Shown: positions 22,114 through 34,995, counted from the stretch's first letter. The stretch: DNA of 64,000 bases from an uncultured Nitrososphaeraceae archaeon (GCA_963825865.1 CAWGVG010000029.1:126545-190544), one strand, 5' to 3'. Numbers and translations: made by a program. Notes: a model not told the origin generated them from the sequence alone.

Positions 22114-22877
22114 TCACTTAACTTCTTATCAATTATTGCTTGAAATGAAGGAAAAGGGTAGGCTCCAAGTAAAGTTTCTGCTTTAGAACCATCACTCCTT
22201 TCTATTATGAATGTAGGTGTTCCTTGGAAGCCTGATGAAATTGCAAATGCGTTATCTTTATCTACAAAGGATTTGTATTTTGCACTATCAAGACAGGAAT
22301 CAAACTTTTGTATGTTTAATCCGGGTATTTGTGATGATGCTAATTTTTTCAAATTGTCTACACTAGCCCAACCAGAGTTTTCTTCACCTTGATTTTTGTA
22401 TAATATGTCATAAAAATTCCAAAACTTTCCTTGGTCATTTGTACATTGTGCCGCCATAGCAGCTGTGATTGAATCAGGGCCATGAGTTACAAAATTCTTG
22501 AATACCATGTTAACCTTGCCAGTTTGGATGTAGGTTGCATTAATTTTAGGTTCTGTTTCTTTAGCAAATCTATCACAGAATTTGCATTGAAAGTCTCCAA
22601 ATTCTACTATTGTAACTGGAGCAGATGGATTGCCTAACAATGGAGAGCTTGAATGAATCAGACTTTGAGGCGAAAGATTGATAGAACCTCCTTTTACATT
22701 TTCTGAATGATTTATTGCTTGCCTGCTACTCAATTCAGGATTTGTTGATGAAAATCCATTTTGTACATTTTTATTTTCCTCCTGTGCCCTTTCTTCAGCT
22801 GTTTCTTGAGCAGATGCCTTTGTTACAAGGCTTGTAGTTGTTCCAAAAAAAGGAGTTGTCATAGTGATATATGCCAC
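22110..22877 (-). CDS. DsbA/thioredoxin-fold disulfide oxidoreductase
   Basis: LGNPSAPVTIVEFGDFQCKFC, QGKFW, GTPTF cis-Pro loop, GAYP. Confidence 0.93.
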   Translation of the reverse strand: MAYITMTTPFFGTTTSLVTKASAQETAEERAQEENKNVQNGFSSTNPELSSRQAINHSENVKGGSINLSPQSLIHSSSPLLGNPSAPVTIVEFGDFQCKFCDRFAKETEPKINATYIQTGKVNMVFKNFVTHGPDSITAAMAAQCTNDQGKFWNFYDILYKNQGEENSGWASVDNLKKLASSQIPGLNIQKFDSCLDSAKYKSFVDKDNAFAISSGFQGTPTFIIERSDGSKAETLLGAYPFPSFQAIIDKKLSD

Positions 22878-23190
22878 ATGCTAATAATATTATCAATGCA
22901 ACCAGAACGCAGCAAATTGAAAATCTCTTTGTCATATATTACACTACAATTAAGAATGAATTGCAACTATAATAACACTATAACAACGTAGTTACAATGA
23001 CTTGGAACTGAGTTCCAAATGTGCTTTAATATTTGACTAAATAGAAGAAGATTGTTGTTATTAAGAACATATGAAAAGAACAAGGAGAAGCGATATGCCT
23101 AATAATAGTGATAATAGTAATAATGATAATTACGATTTTTCCTCATCTACCATTTTAACTAGCAAATACGGCCATGAATCAACTAGGTTA

Positions 23191-24402
23191 ATAGCATTGT
23201 AAAACGGTCTGTATGTTAATGTTGTAAAGACATTATGATTGAATCAGCAGCTTATTTTTGTAGTAATAACTTTAGCTGACATGTTATTCTAAGATTTTAT
23301 GAGACCGACCTATCTCAGAGATATCACTGAAGAAGAAAAGAACAGACTATACGCCATGATTGACGACGATAGTAGTAAGGGTGCAGGTTATAGAGCCAAG
23401 ATTATCCTTCTACGGAATGAAGGATATACGGTACCTGAGATAAGAAGGAAAACCAATCATCATGATAATATAACATACGTAAATGGATACACAGATTCAA
23501 CGGTCATGGTATTATTGATGGCATTGTATCATCATCAAGGAAACATGATCATGATGCTCTAAATATAACAGATGATATAGAAAACGAGATTGTAAGTATA
23601 GCATCGGCTAACCCGAGGGAACTAGGATTGAAATTCTCTACATGGTCATTACGTGTTCTAGCAGGGTACGTTATGGAAAAGAAAATAGTTGGTAGCATTA
23701 GTCATGCTGAAATAAGAAATGTACTTTTAAAACACGGTATTGAGTGGAGACATTCCAAGATTGTTCTAGGTAGTAAAAGCAAAGGCCCAGATTATGATTT
23801 AAAAAAAGCATATTGAAGAGCTGAAGAATAACTCCAATGCATATTCAGGTACTGTTATTTCAGGATGAAAAAGGGACCCATAGCAGTATTAAAACATATG
23901 GTGGTTCTTCATGGTGTTCTACTCAGACCAAAATAGAACATGATCAGAAAGTAAAAGGTTTGTTGAACGTGTTTGGCATTTACGATTATACAAACGATAG
24001 AATGTTGTTAACGCACTGCTACCAACAACAGAAGAAAAGTAATCAGTTCATCGATTTCATGAATAAAGTGGATTCAGTCTATGATTCAAGCATCAAAAGA
24101 ATATTCATGGTACTCTGACAACGCGTCCATAATACACAAATCCAAGAAGACAAGAGAAGCGTTAGCACACCATCATCCAAGAATAGTGCCTGTGTTCCTT
24201 CCTACAAAATCGCCAGAACTCAATATGATAGAGGTAAGATGGATGTGGATGCAAAGGAAAGCCATCGATAACAGTACATTTGGAAATGAGTCTGATATAG
24301 GACAGGCAGTATCGGATTGGACCGAGGATTATAATAACACGCACAAGAACATAACTAGTCATAGTTTACAGAAAATAACTACGCGTGTGTTTACATAGCT
24401 GT
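23191..24402 (+). mobile_element. IS630-family insertion sequence
   Basis: TA dinucleotides at 23189-90 and 24403-04; imperfect terminal inverted repeats ATAGCATTGTAAA versus reverse-complemented ACAGCTATGTAAA (10/13); transposase inside. Confidence 0.8.
23299..24398 (+). pseudogene. IS630 DDE transposase split over 4 ORFs
   Basis: RAKIILL..GYT HTH, STWSLRVLA, QDEKG, VLDNASIH, FLPTKSPELNMIEVRW. Confidence 0.88.
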
Positions 24403-24833
24403 TAATCCACGTTATTGAAAAGCCCTCACTAAAAGGTTTCTGATTGTTATGGAAGGAAGAGAATTTGCTTAGCACTAATAATTAGCATTCTATAATGATC
24501 TGAAAGATTAACTCCTGACTTCATAGCAAGGACAAAATGAAAGCAAGAGTATTTTCCTTTGACACGTTGTTTTTTAGGCTCTGATAGTGTGAACCTAAGC
24601 CTGCTGTGGTTTGATCAACCTTTCGATCAAATAACAGTTGTGAATCACTTTCAATCCAGTCCAAAGTTATATTCTGTAGTAATGGCATAAGAAGAGGTAT
24701 TTGGTATTTGTTGTTTGTTGATGATAGAAAGAAGATGCTTCTCATCATCCATCTAATAAACCAGTATTATATACCGATTTGTGTGTATACAAATAAACAT
24801 TTCCTGTAGCCAAGGGTATACCAGATATATACA

Positions 24834-25498
24834 ATGATTTTTGAAATTTTTGCAGTTCTAGGGAGAGAGTTATTATCCTCGTTTAGTGCAATTTCAAATA
24901 CATCCTTCGTAAGTGAACTCATCAAATCCACAATTGCTCTTTTTGTTGTGATTGATCCTATTGGTAGCGTCCCTCTTTTTATTGCACTTACTGAAAAAAT
25001 GGGAAAGGAGGAACGAAAGACAGTTTCAAAGGTTGCCATTATTACTGGCAGCAGCATTGCTTGTTGTTTTTGCAGTCGCTGGTACACAGATACTTGCTAT
25101 TTTCGGAATTACTGTTTTCAGCTTTATGGTTGCAGGTGGGGTGTTATTATTTATCGTATCAATTGAATTAATGTTACACGGCGCATGGAGGTTTGGCGTA
25201 GGAGGTGGCTCTGTTCCCGGTGAGTCAGGAGTGGTTCCATTAGCATTTCCTTTACTTGCTGGCCCTGGAGCAATCACATCTGTAATAATTTCATTTCAAA
25301 CTGCTGGATTAATAGTAACAATACTATCTATTGCAATTGTAATCGGTATTACGTATTTAGTCTTGCGATTAATAAATCCTATTTACAACGTACTTGGAAG
25401 GCGCGGTTCTATGATAATTACAAGAGTATTTGCAGTTTTCATTGGCAGCAATTGCTGTCCAGTATATAGTGCAGGCTGTTAAACATCTCTTTATCTAA
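24834..25498 (+). CDS. marC: MarC family membrane protein (two indels)
   Basis: IALFVVIDPIGSVPLF, FGITVFSFMVAGG, VVPLAFPLLAGPGAIT. Confidence 0.9.
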
Positions 25499-25691
25499 AC
25501 TAATAAAAAACAAATTAGCAATAATACTCATGTGTAGTATGTCATACAGGTTATTTATTAGCTGACTGCGACGTCTTGAAGAATTAGAAGGAACGAGGAA
25601 GTAAGTAAGTTACAGAGGACAAAATCCTTTCCAATATAACGAAAGGTAGAATTAATCTCTATGTTAATTGTATTATTGAATTATAAAGAAA

Positions 25692-26531
25692 ATGAAGTTT
25701 AAGACAGAAGATGTCTTAAAGGCGATGATATCATTACAGCAATTCAGAGCATATTCAGCTTCACCCCATCACGAGCGTTATAGCTTCCCATTTTTACAGG
25801 GTACATATTTTGCATATAGAAAAATTGACGTAATGCGCGTAATTTCGATTGCAAAAACTGCTTCAAATAATCCTAGATACTTAGAAGTCGGATGCGGTTA
25901 TGGAGACTTTTTAAAAAAGATAAGAGAATTTCTTCCAAATGCACTAGGTATTGAAAAGGATGCTGGAATTTTTTATAATTGTAATATATCCAAACCAGAT
26001 TATATCAAAATTGCAGATGCGCGATGGGGAATCGACCAAAAATATGATATCATTTTTGTCGGCTGGATGGAACCTGGAGTAGATTTTCGAGATATAGTTG
26101 CTGCCAAAACCGACGTGATTGTAACAACTTTAGATCAAGGCATTAGCTTAGCGGCAGAATTTGATGGACATGGTTTTGAAAGGATTGCCTCATGGAGAAC
26201 ACCATCGTGGGAAGACGTCAATACAGAAATTATGAATCGCTACTATACCAAAATGTCAAATGAGACTCTACAATCTCTGTCCAATCTAAGAGGTGCACAC
26301 AATTTATGGTATGTTTATAGTAGCAAACCGAGCAGATCTGAAGCCATAAAATCAGCACTTATCCAGTCGCTTGAACAAGAAAAAAAGTCGTCCTTCGACA
26401 AACGCTATGATTTTGAAGGTGTATTAGATGAATGTGGATTTAGATATCTAGAACAATTACAAGATCTTACTTCTAAAAAAGAAGAAAAAGAACGTCTGTG
26501 GGACATACAATTTATTAATAGTGATGGTTAG
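25692..26531 (+). CDS. Class I SAM-dependent methyltransferase
   Basis: YLEVGCGYG motif I, YDIIFVGW. Confidence 0.8.
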   Translation: MKFKTEDVLKAMISLQQFRAYSASPHHERYSFPFLQGTYFAYRKIDVMRVISIAKTASNNPRYLEVGCGYGDFLKKIREFLPNALGIEKDAGIFYNCNISKPDYIKIADARWGIDQKYDIIFVGWMEPGVDFRDIVAAKTDVIVTTLDQGISLAAEFDGHGFERIASWRTPSWEDVNTEIMNRYYTKMSNETLQSLSNLRGAHNLWYVYSSKPSRSEAIKSALIQSLEQEKKSSFDKRYDFEGVLDECGFRYLEQLQDLTSKKEEKERLWDIQFINSDG

Positions 26532-26613
26532 TCGGTGATGGCTACTACAACATTATTAAAGCCAATATGAAACCCTTATAGCATTAACTAATAAAATAAT
26601 TTTAGAATAAACA

Positions 26614-27875
26614 TTGAAAGTATCAATTTTAGGTGCAGCAAAAGAAGTCGGACGTTCCGCATTCCTGGTAAATAGTAATCATACTAGCATTTTGATGGAT
26701 TATGGTGTTCTTCTGAAAAGAGAGCCGATCTTTCCAATGCATGTCAAGCCAAAAGATATTGATGCAGCGGTAATTACCCATGCTCACTTGGATCATTCAG
26801 GATTTGTACCATCCCTGTTTTTGTCAGAATCAGCAGGGATACAGGTCTGTGGCACGCTGCCAACATTTGAGCTGTCGCAACTGCTTATTGAAGATATGAT
26901 CAAAATATCAGGATTTTATCTGCCATTTGAATACATTGACCTTGTGACAATGATGAAACATTCAAAAAACTTGCAATACAGGGAACCATACATGATAAAT
27001 GATGTCAAGCTGACACTGCACGAATCTGGACACCTTATAGGTGGTGCTACCGTTATCGCTGAACATGATGGAAAACGCATATTTTATACTGGAGATATAA
27101 ATACAAGAGGTTCAAAACTGCTCCGACCAGCAGACTTGGATTTTGGCAAAATTGATCTAATGATTATAGAAAGCACTTATTCTCAAAGTGAACAAGTTCC
27201 ACGAGAACAGTCTGAAAGGGAGCTCATTGAATATGCTTATGAAGTAATTGAAAGAGGAGGTACATTGTTTATTCCAGCATTTTCTGTTGAAAGGGCCCAG
27301 GAAATTGCTTGTGTTTTAAAAACATACAATTTTCGGCACAAGGTGGTAATGGACGGAATGGCTCTTAAAGCAAATGAAATCATGTTGAGGCACCCTACTT
27401 TCCTCAAAAATGCCGAAATATTCAAACAATCAGTAGGCGAAGCCGAATGGATTAGCGGATGGAGTAGAAGAAAGAGAGTAGTAAACGAACCATGTGCAAT
27501 AATCTCTCCTGCAGGAATGTTGGTTGGGGGCTCTGCAGTATTCTATATGCAAGAAATTGCAAAAAGTGACAAAAACGGTATTGCACTAGTATCATTTCAG
27601 GGCGAAGGCACACCTGGTCGGGCATGCTTGAGAGGAAAGTTACGACATTTGATGGAAAAATAAAAAAGTGCCTAGCAGATGTTAAACGTTTCGAATTTTC
27701 AGGGCATAATAGTAGAAGTGAGTTATTTGAAATACTCGATCGTTTAAAGGGTAATCCAAAAATACTTACAGTTCATGGTGACGGATATTCATGCATAAAG
27801 TTTGCAGAAGAGATCAGGGAAAAATATGGATATGATGCAAAGGCTCCAGATGCAGGAGAAGTTATCGAAATTTGA
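26614..27875 (+). CDS. MBL-fold beta-CASP ribonuclease (split near 27625)
   Basis: GAAKEVGRS, THAHLDHSG, SGHLIG, YTGDIN, IESTY, AFSVERAQE, FSGH, VHGD. Confidence 0.93.
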
Positions 27876-28337
27876 TGATAATTAAAAAAGAGAGTTTATT
27901 TAATGTATAAATGCCTGTGTGTTTGTTGATTGCCCAATTTCGGGATATTGCGAAGAGTACATGCTAGTTAATATTAATTCTTTATAGAAAACTATGTCAA
28001 CTATAAGAAGAATCTCCCAATCTGTCAGCATAATATCATACGTATAAATTGCGTTAGTCCTTTGTTTTCCTAACAACAACACTTTGATCATCAAAAATAC
28101 CGATCCATATAAGTTGAAAAAATGTGTAACCTGCAAGAAGAATATTGCGCTTAACGAAAAAGTACTTTACTTATCCCCTGTCTTTACAGCAGATCTGTCT
28201 TTCTTGTGCTGAAAAGGAAATCCCTAAAACAATTGAAATTTTACAGAATGATTTAGCAAAGATAAAAGGACAAGAAGAAGAAGAACGCAAAAAAGTTCAA
28301 TAAGGATTATGGGGGAGATATTACAAGGATTGTTGTT

Positions 28338-29288
28338 GTGTTGCAGCCTTTCTCTACTATTCCATTCTCCAACCAATTTCTCTTTGATCCACAAATCAGT
28401 ATAAATAGCGGTCAAATGTTTCTATGGGAAAAATTCGATAATTCCTGGTATGGTATATATGGAAATAATATCCTTAAATTTTCCACTCCAACAGTAAATA
28501 ATGATGATAGCAGCAATAATAATAATAATAACAACGTTGAATTCTTTTCCTTTCCTGAAATCAAAGAATGGGAGAAACAAGTTTTTAGGCTTGATGACGA
28601 TATTGAAAAAATTATAGCAGGTTTTTCGAATGATATTGTAGTATCAGAAGCAATAAGAAAATATCCAGGGTTACGTCTAATGCGGCAACAGCCTCATCAA
28701 TGTATGTTTTCCTTTGTATGTGCTAGCAATACTAACATAGTTATGATTCGAAGAATGCTCAAGAACCTATCTAGAAAATTTGGTGTCAAAGTAATAATCG
28801 ATGGAAAAGAATTTTTCACATTTCCTACGGTAGATAGCCTAAATAAAGCAAACATCAATGAGTTGCTTTCGTGCGGTATTGGGTACAGAGCAAAAGCAAT
28901 TAAAGCAGTTGCCGAAAGTATTGCCTCAGGGAAACTTGACATCAAGGAGCTAACACACGCCAGTTATAACGATGCAAAAGAACAACTATTGAAGGTATAT
29001 GGTATAGGAAACAAAATTGCTGATTGCATACTACTATTCTCTTTAGAGAAACTTGAATCTTTTCCTATAGATGTATGGATCGCAAGAGCACTTTCTTCCT
29101 ATTACGGTTGGCTTTTCAGTGAAAATAAAAACAAAGAGAAAAAGGAGAAGAAAATGGATGATAAAATAACGTTCAAGCAATACAATATTCTTTCAGAAGC
29201 CATTAGAAATTACTTTGGAAAATATTCTGGCTACGCCCAGCAGTTCCTCTACTATTATATGCGTCAGAATGCATCTAAAAAATGGTAA
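28338..29288 (+). CDS. 8-oxoguanine DNA glycosylase (Ogg1-like, HhH-GPD)
   Basis: SGQMFLW, GLRLMRQ, SFVCASNTNI, GIGYRA, GIGNKIADCILLF, FPIDVW, GYAQQFLY. Confidence 0.92.
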   Translation: MLQPFSTIPFSNQFLFDPQISINSGQMFLWEKFDNSWYGIYGNNILKFSTPTVNNDDSSNNNNNNNVEFFSFPEIKEWEKQVFRLDDDIEKIIAGFSNDIVVSEAIRKYPGLRLMRQQPHQCMFSFVCASNTNIVMIRRMLKNLSRKFGVKVIIDGKEFFTFPTVDSLNKANINELLSCGIGYRAKAIKAVAESIASGKLDIKELTHASYNDAKEQLLKVYGIGNKIADCILLFSLEKLESFPIDVWIARALSSYYGWLFSENKNKEKKEKKMDDKITFKQYNILSEAIRNYFGKYSGYAQQFLYYYMRQNASKKW

Positions 29289-29576
29289 TATGGATATGCT
29301 ATATATACATACTACAATTAATTAATATACAACGAAATAATAAATTCGATTATTTTTTGACATTACTTTTCTATATCAGTAAATTACACACAGATACGAT
29401 ATAAGATGAGAAAACATGATCAGAACCGGATTATTATAATTATTGAAAAAACAGTGGTATTTGGAAGGAGAATTATATGACCACCCAAATATTGAAACAT
29501 ATTTTCTGACATAAAGAGAATTAGGCTCTGTTGAATTATGTTGAATTATTATAAGAGTTCAAATTAACCTTTTCCA

Positions 29577-29919
29577 ATGGCAGTAAAGCAAAAGAGACAA
29601 GCGGGAATTATAGTTATATCTACTTACCCTGATCAAGAATCAATCTTAAAAGTAGCTAACGACTTGATTGTTAACAAAAAATTATGCGCCTGTATAAATT
29701 TGACAAAGATTAGATCTCTGTATTCTTGGAAGAATACACTTGAAGATCAGGAAGAATTCATCGCATTCTTCAAAACAACAAAATTATCTGCAAATAAACT
29801 AAAGTCAGAAATAAAAAAAATGCATCCTTATGAAGTGCCAGAAATAGTAGAGTTAAAAATGAATGATGTTTCCAAAAGCTGATATGTCGTGGATGATGGA
29901 AGTAACAACAAAAACATAA
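29577..29919 (+). CDS. cutA: Divalent-cation tolerance protein CutA
   Basis: KLCACIN, SLYSW, FKTT, HPYEVPEI; removing one extra G at 29881 restores SYMSWM. Confidence 0.9.
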
Positions 29920-29975
29920 AAGCAAAAAAAAAACAAAAAAACACCATATTGTTATAATCTTTCATCATAGGTAAT

Positions 29976-31070
29976 TCATAAACGAATTGCATAGCGAAGT
30001 AAGGCTACTATGCCACCTAGAGAAGAAATTCGTAAACCGATATCTGTAGATGAATCTACTGCAAAAGTTTTTGCTCCGTGACTTTCAACTGAGTTTAATA
30101 GCTTTACAATACTATTTTCATCGATGGTTTTGAAGATAGAGTCTGAGAACACTAGGCATTCTATGGCCTTCATTGATGGAGCATTCGATACTTCCTGCAT
30201 TCCCATTGAATACTTTGCTTCGCCTTTATGGACTAGATACATTACCTCATCTAGAATAGAGGTGACAGCAGCGAGTTTGCTCGAACCCATTGACTCTTTA
30301 ATAGCAGAGGAACGAAGAGACACAAAAATTCCATCTTCACCAGCAACGTCCACTCCATCGATTACTGACACTTTGTCTTTTTCAAATTGGTTTTTTTTGA
30401 CAAGTAAATTGTAAAACCTGCGTTTAGTTTCACCAGGACCGAATATTATTATTCTATTGCTATCATTTTCTCCAGTAAACGTGTTTCGCATGCTTTGGAT
30501 GGTCTTTGCGATGTCTTCAAAAAATGTCGCTATATTTGGATTGTTTTTTGCTGCTTGCTGGTAGCGTTTGCCGCTTTGTCCTGAATAGATGTTTGGAATT
30601 ATCTTTAAATGTGTACCAGAAACCTTTGCTACTGCTCGCTTCTTGTGCATCGATTGCAACTAAAATAAAAGTTTCATTGTTGCCTGATTTCCTTAAAATG
30701 TTTATCTCGAAATCCTTCCATTTTCTATCCTTGTCAATTGTTATTGTATCACCTACCTGTACAGTAAGAGAATGGTACGTTCCTCTGGTACGAGCTCATT
30801 ATCGGTGTTTGTTATAAGGCCTGCTATCCTTAGCCTATCGACTACATTATCAAGGCTTATGTTTTCAACCTTAAGTGAAACCCGAACTTTAATGCGTTCT
30901 CCTTTGTCCGGTCTAGCGTATTCTTTTACCTGTTTAATGACTCTGGTGGTATCAGCGATTACATAATCTTCATTTTCTATTAATCTCCTTAATGTAAGAA
31001 GATCATCTGCGTCTTCAGGAATGACAAAATAAGCTTTGCCGGCAGTTCCTTTCGCTTCTTTAATAATCAT
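29976..31070 (-). CDS. pelA: Pelota (aRF1-like ribosome rescue factor), split by indels
   Basis: PEDADDLLTLRRLI, DRLRIAG, GPGETK, SSLGGIVALLRY. Confidence 0.93.
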
Positions 31071-31107
31071 GAGATCGTAAATTTTGTATTGTTGTTCTGA
31101 TATTATG

Positions 31108-31544
31108 TTATGCCATTTTTTCGCTAGCCAAAGAGGAAGAAGAATCGTGCTCTTCTTTAGCCTGTGCTGATTTTATATAATTGTCAACCCATTCCTGTGT
31201 TATACTCCTGATTCTACCAAATTTACTAATGCATTGGGTGAAGCATTGCCATGCACCTTACCTGACTTTTTTCTAGTTTGTCTCCATCTCAGTTGTGTAT
31301 TACCACTCTTTGAAGAATAAATTATTCCAAGAATCTCTTTGGCATTTACAAATGTCATTTCCCGTATTTTTTTTAACGTTACTTTATCAGCTGCTTCAAT
31401 ATAGATTGCACCTGGCCCTTCTTCTCGCTCTGGAAACACCTCATAGTCACGAAGATAACTTTCAGGAATAAAGGATCTGCAGGTACTAATAATGATAAAC
31501 TTTCTAAAATTTTCAAGTGAAGCGGTAGTCTCTATGTGAACCAA
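31108..31544 (-). CDS. Conserved hypothetical protein (C-terminus shifted near 31200)
   Basis: Track ORF 31200-31544 continues TQEWVDNYIK...KMA* to 31108. Confidence 0.75.
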
Positions 31545-31731
31545 TATGTTATAAAAACTATTTAGCCACTTATCAAGTTTATGACATTATAGAAGAACTG
31601 TTAACCACTGTATTGGCCGTTTAGCGTACTTGATATAGGGAAAGTCTATGAATCAAAACAAGAAAACTCGCTGGAATAATTTAAAGTAAAGTAATGGTAG
31701 TATATACATATGAATATGTATATAGATACGC

Positions 31732-32400
31732 TCACTCTTTGAATGCTCTGCTAAGCATAATCAATTCAGGACCACTGGTCAAACCTCCAACAATTACGGA
31801 TTTTGAATTTGCAATAATGCCAGAAGATAAAAATGGAATTCCTCCATTAACTGTTAGAGGTTCAACCTCTACTTGCAATGTTTCAGAAATAACTTTAATC
31901 TCTTCCTCTGTAGCCTTTGGATGTACTGCAGCTCCTGTATTGGTTGCTACTACCATTGATCCTACTTGAATAAATCCACCAACCGTCATGGAGGCAACTG
32001 GTACTCCCAATACGTCTTGAATTTGTTGGTCTACTTCGCCTTTGAATAGTGGAGATACTACTGCTCCATTATCATTAGTGGAAATTAGATTTCCGATTGC
32101 AGTAAATTTGCTATTCAAACGATCAACGTTCAGACCACTTGCTTGTTTGAGAATCTGTATTTCTTCATCTGATGCGGTAGAAGGGACTAGAATTCCATTG
32201 TTATTCATTACTGTCATTGGACCGATAAGCCTTGTACCTGCTATAGATGCATAGGCTTTCTCTTCGACTTGGAGGTGTTGCATCAGTTTAGTAGTCTTTG
32301 TTTCTGCAAAACCAAATGGTATTATTATTATTTTGTCATTAGTCCTTACGAATAATCCAATATTAGGGGTTTTATATACATCGTATCTGTGAATTCCCAA
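31732..32400 (-). CDS. eif6: Translation initiation factor 6
   Basis: PNIGLF, SIAGTRLIG, TAIGNLISTND, TVNGGIPFLSSGIIANS, TSGPEL. Confidence 0.96.
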   Translation of the reverse strand: MGIHRYDVYKTPNIGLFVRTNDKIIIIPFGFAETKTTKLMQHLQVEEKAYASIAGTRLIGPMTVMNNNGILVPSTASDEEIQILKQASGLNVDRLNSKFTAIGNLISTNDNGAVVSPLFKGEVDQQIQDVLGVPVASMTVGGFIQVGSMVVATNTGAAVHPKATEEEIKVISETLQVEVEPLTVNGGIPFLSSGIIANSKSVIVGGLTSGPELIMLSRAFKE

Positions 32401-32751
32401 GTATCATATTTTTGTGAAATTGTGCATATGAACTATTGTATTTTAGATAGTATGTTATTAAAGACGCAATTTCGATTTGTGTAAGAAATATTTTCCTTTG
32501 ACAGTCTCGTATTCACAAGCTCGTGTAATTATATAAATATCAACTGCATGGAATATACATCCACCATGAAAAGGAGAAGAGCGTAATGGATTTGACACTA
32601 AAGTTAGTTGATATAGGATATTGAGTAAGTTAACATGGCCACGATCCAACTCAATAAATAAATACAGCAGATTATTATCTATATATATATTAATCAATAA
32701 AGGAAAATACTGAGAAGCAACTCGTATAAGATTTATGTTATTATTAAAACA

Positions 32752-33892
32752 ATGGGAAGATCAAACATATTTAGAATACAGACATTAGTCATTTTTGTAA
32801 TAGTAATAGTAAGTGTATTAACAGTTCAACACTCAGTTATTGCACAACTAACTTCTAAAGCGTTAGCCTCTCCCACTCCCAATACTATATTCAAACAAGT
32901 CGAGAACTCTGTTGTTCAGATAACAAGTAAGAGTCCAACACCATCTAACCCACAGAATCCACAAGCACCAAATGCTACTACTGCATTAGGTTCTGGTTTT
33001 GTCTACGATAAGCTAGGACGGATAATCACTAATAATCATGTCGTAGGTAATGCCAAAATAGTAGATGTAACATTTGTAGATGGAAATAGATATACTGCAA
33101 AAGTGATAGGTAATGACATCTATAGCGATATAGCAGTATTGCAGATTATTGAGAATAGTACTCAGCCTTTCAACCCGCTTGTAATTGGAAACTCTTCTGA
33201 TCTTGAAGTAGGAGACCCCGTAATTGCTATTGGTCATCCATTTGGACTTGACAATACCATGACAGCTGGCATAATAGGCCAGACCAGGTATCTATTGTCA
33301 ATTCCAGAGCTTGGAGTTTTTACGCCAGATGTAATTCAAACTGATGCTGCAATTAACCCTGGCAATTCCGGTGGTCCTTTGCTAAATATGCAGGGACAAG
33401 TTATTGGAATAAATATTGGTAGAATAGGCCCAGTCGGATCTCCTGGACCATATCCCGGGTTAACGGTTGCAGTCCCATTCAGTACAATAACACGCATAGT
33501 ACCCTACATTAATTGAAAAAGGGATTTATGTACATCCCTATATCGGACTTGCCGGAGCTACTCTAACTTCTGATTTAGCAGAGACCATAAATGGTTTGCC
33601 AGGAAATTTAAAAGGAATATTAGTAAACTCAATTGTAAGTGGGAGCCCTGCTGATAAAGCTGGAGTACTAGGAATTACCATAGACAAGTATTCTAAAACA
33701 CATGGAGGAGACATAATAACAGCCATAGATGGACACGATGTTATGAGAATTGAAGACTTGATATCCTATATTGAAGACCACAAATTTGTTGGTAACAATG
33801 TGACGCTAACAATATATAGAGACGGACATATGCTAGATTTAAAGGCAACACTCCAAGGACGACCCTCTCCATTTCAATATATTCAGAAATAA
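32752..33892 (+). CDS. Secreted HtrA-like trypsin serine protease with PDZ domain (split near 33507)
   Basis: Signal peptide, GSGFV, TNNHVV, DIAVL, QTDAAINPGNSGGPL, then PDZ GSPADKAG...GDIITAID. Confidence 0.93.
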
Positions 33893-34245
33893 CTTCATCA
33901 GTATATGATTTGTTTTTTCCAAATGTAATAGCGATTAAACTTTTCTATTGACATATGAAGAAGAATTGAGATATGCGCATATGCCTGCTATATTACTAAA
34001 ACTTACAAATGCAAAAAACGTGTGAGATTGAATTTATTGCAAAGATGTTTGATAAAGACAAAGGTACTAACTCACCTTTGCCAGCTGTAATATTGATGGT
34101 TTCTACTGAACCGTTTTCAATATATTCGTTATCTTATATTGGGTTATATTATTTGTCAAAAACCTGTAATTGACTGGGAAAAGCGGAACTCAATACTGTT
34201 AATATACAAATTAATATATCAAGTAAAAATAAACTATATCAAAAT

Positions 34246-34995
34246 ATGTGCGCCTCTGCAGAGAATAATAACAAGGTTTCTATCATAATACCTGCACTCA
34301 ATGAAGAATCCGGCATTAAAAATACAATAACTTCTATTCCAATATCGAAAATACATGAACAAGGATATTGTTTAGAAATTCTTGTAATTGATGGATATTC
34401 GACTGACTTGACAAGAAATGTTGCATTGCAACTAGGCGCAAAAGTAATTGTTGAAAAACTAAAGGGTTATGGTAGAGCCCTCAAGACAGGTATAGATGCG
34501 GCAAGAGGTAACATAATAGTTACAATAGATGCAGATGGTTCGTATCCTGCAGAACTTATCCCAGAATATTTACAGGAATTAGAAGAAAAAGGTTTAGACT
34601 TTATTTCCGTAAATAGATTCTCAAAAATGGAAAAGGGTGCAATGAGTGTTATGCATAGAATTGGAAATAAAATGTTGTCACTTGCCATGCGATTATTGTA
34701 TTCAGTTGATCTAAAAGACTCTCAATCTGGAATGTGGATTATGAGAAAAAAAAACTTCATTGATAGAGTTAATTTGAACTCTGACGGCATGCCTATATCA
34801 GAAGAAATAAAAATAGTTGCCTTTAAATTTTTCAAATCCCTTGAAGTAGAGGGTAATTACTCTAAGAGGATAGGCACACAAAAAATTGATACATTCAGAG
34901 ATGGTTGGAATAACTTAAAATATCTCTTTCAATACCAAAAACTCTTAAGATTTGCAATTAGGCAACCGATGAAGATCAAAGAACAAATTAAATAA
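34246..34995 (+). CDS. GT2 glycosyltransferase, DPM1-like (polyprenol-phosphate sugar synthase type)
   Basis: IIIPALNEE, VIDGYSTD, KGYGRAL, IDADGSY, DSQSGM. Confidence 0.92.
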   Translation: MCASAENNNKVSIIIPALNEESGIKNTITSIPISKIHEQGYCLEILVIDGYSTDLTRNVALQLGAKVIVEKLKGYGRALKTGIDAARGNIIVTIDADGSYPAELIPEYLQELEEKGLDFISVNRFSKMEKGAMSVMHRIGNKMLSLAMRLLYSVDLKDSQSGMWIMRKKNFIDRVNLNSDGMPISEEIKIVAFKFFKSLEVEGNYSKRIGTQKIDTFRDGWNNLKYLFQYQKLLRFAIRQPMKIKEQIK

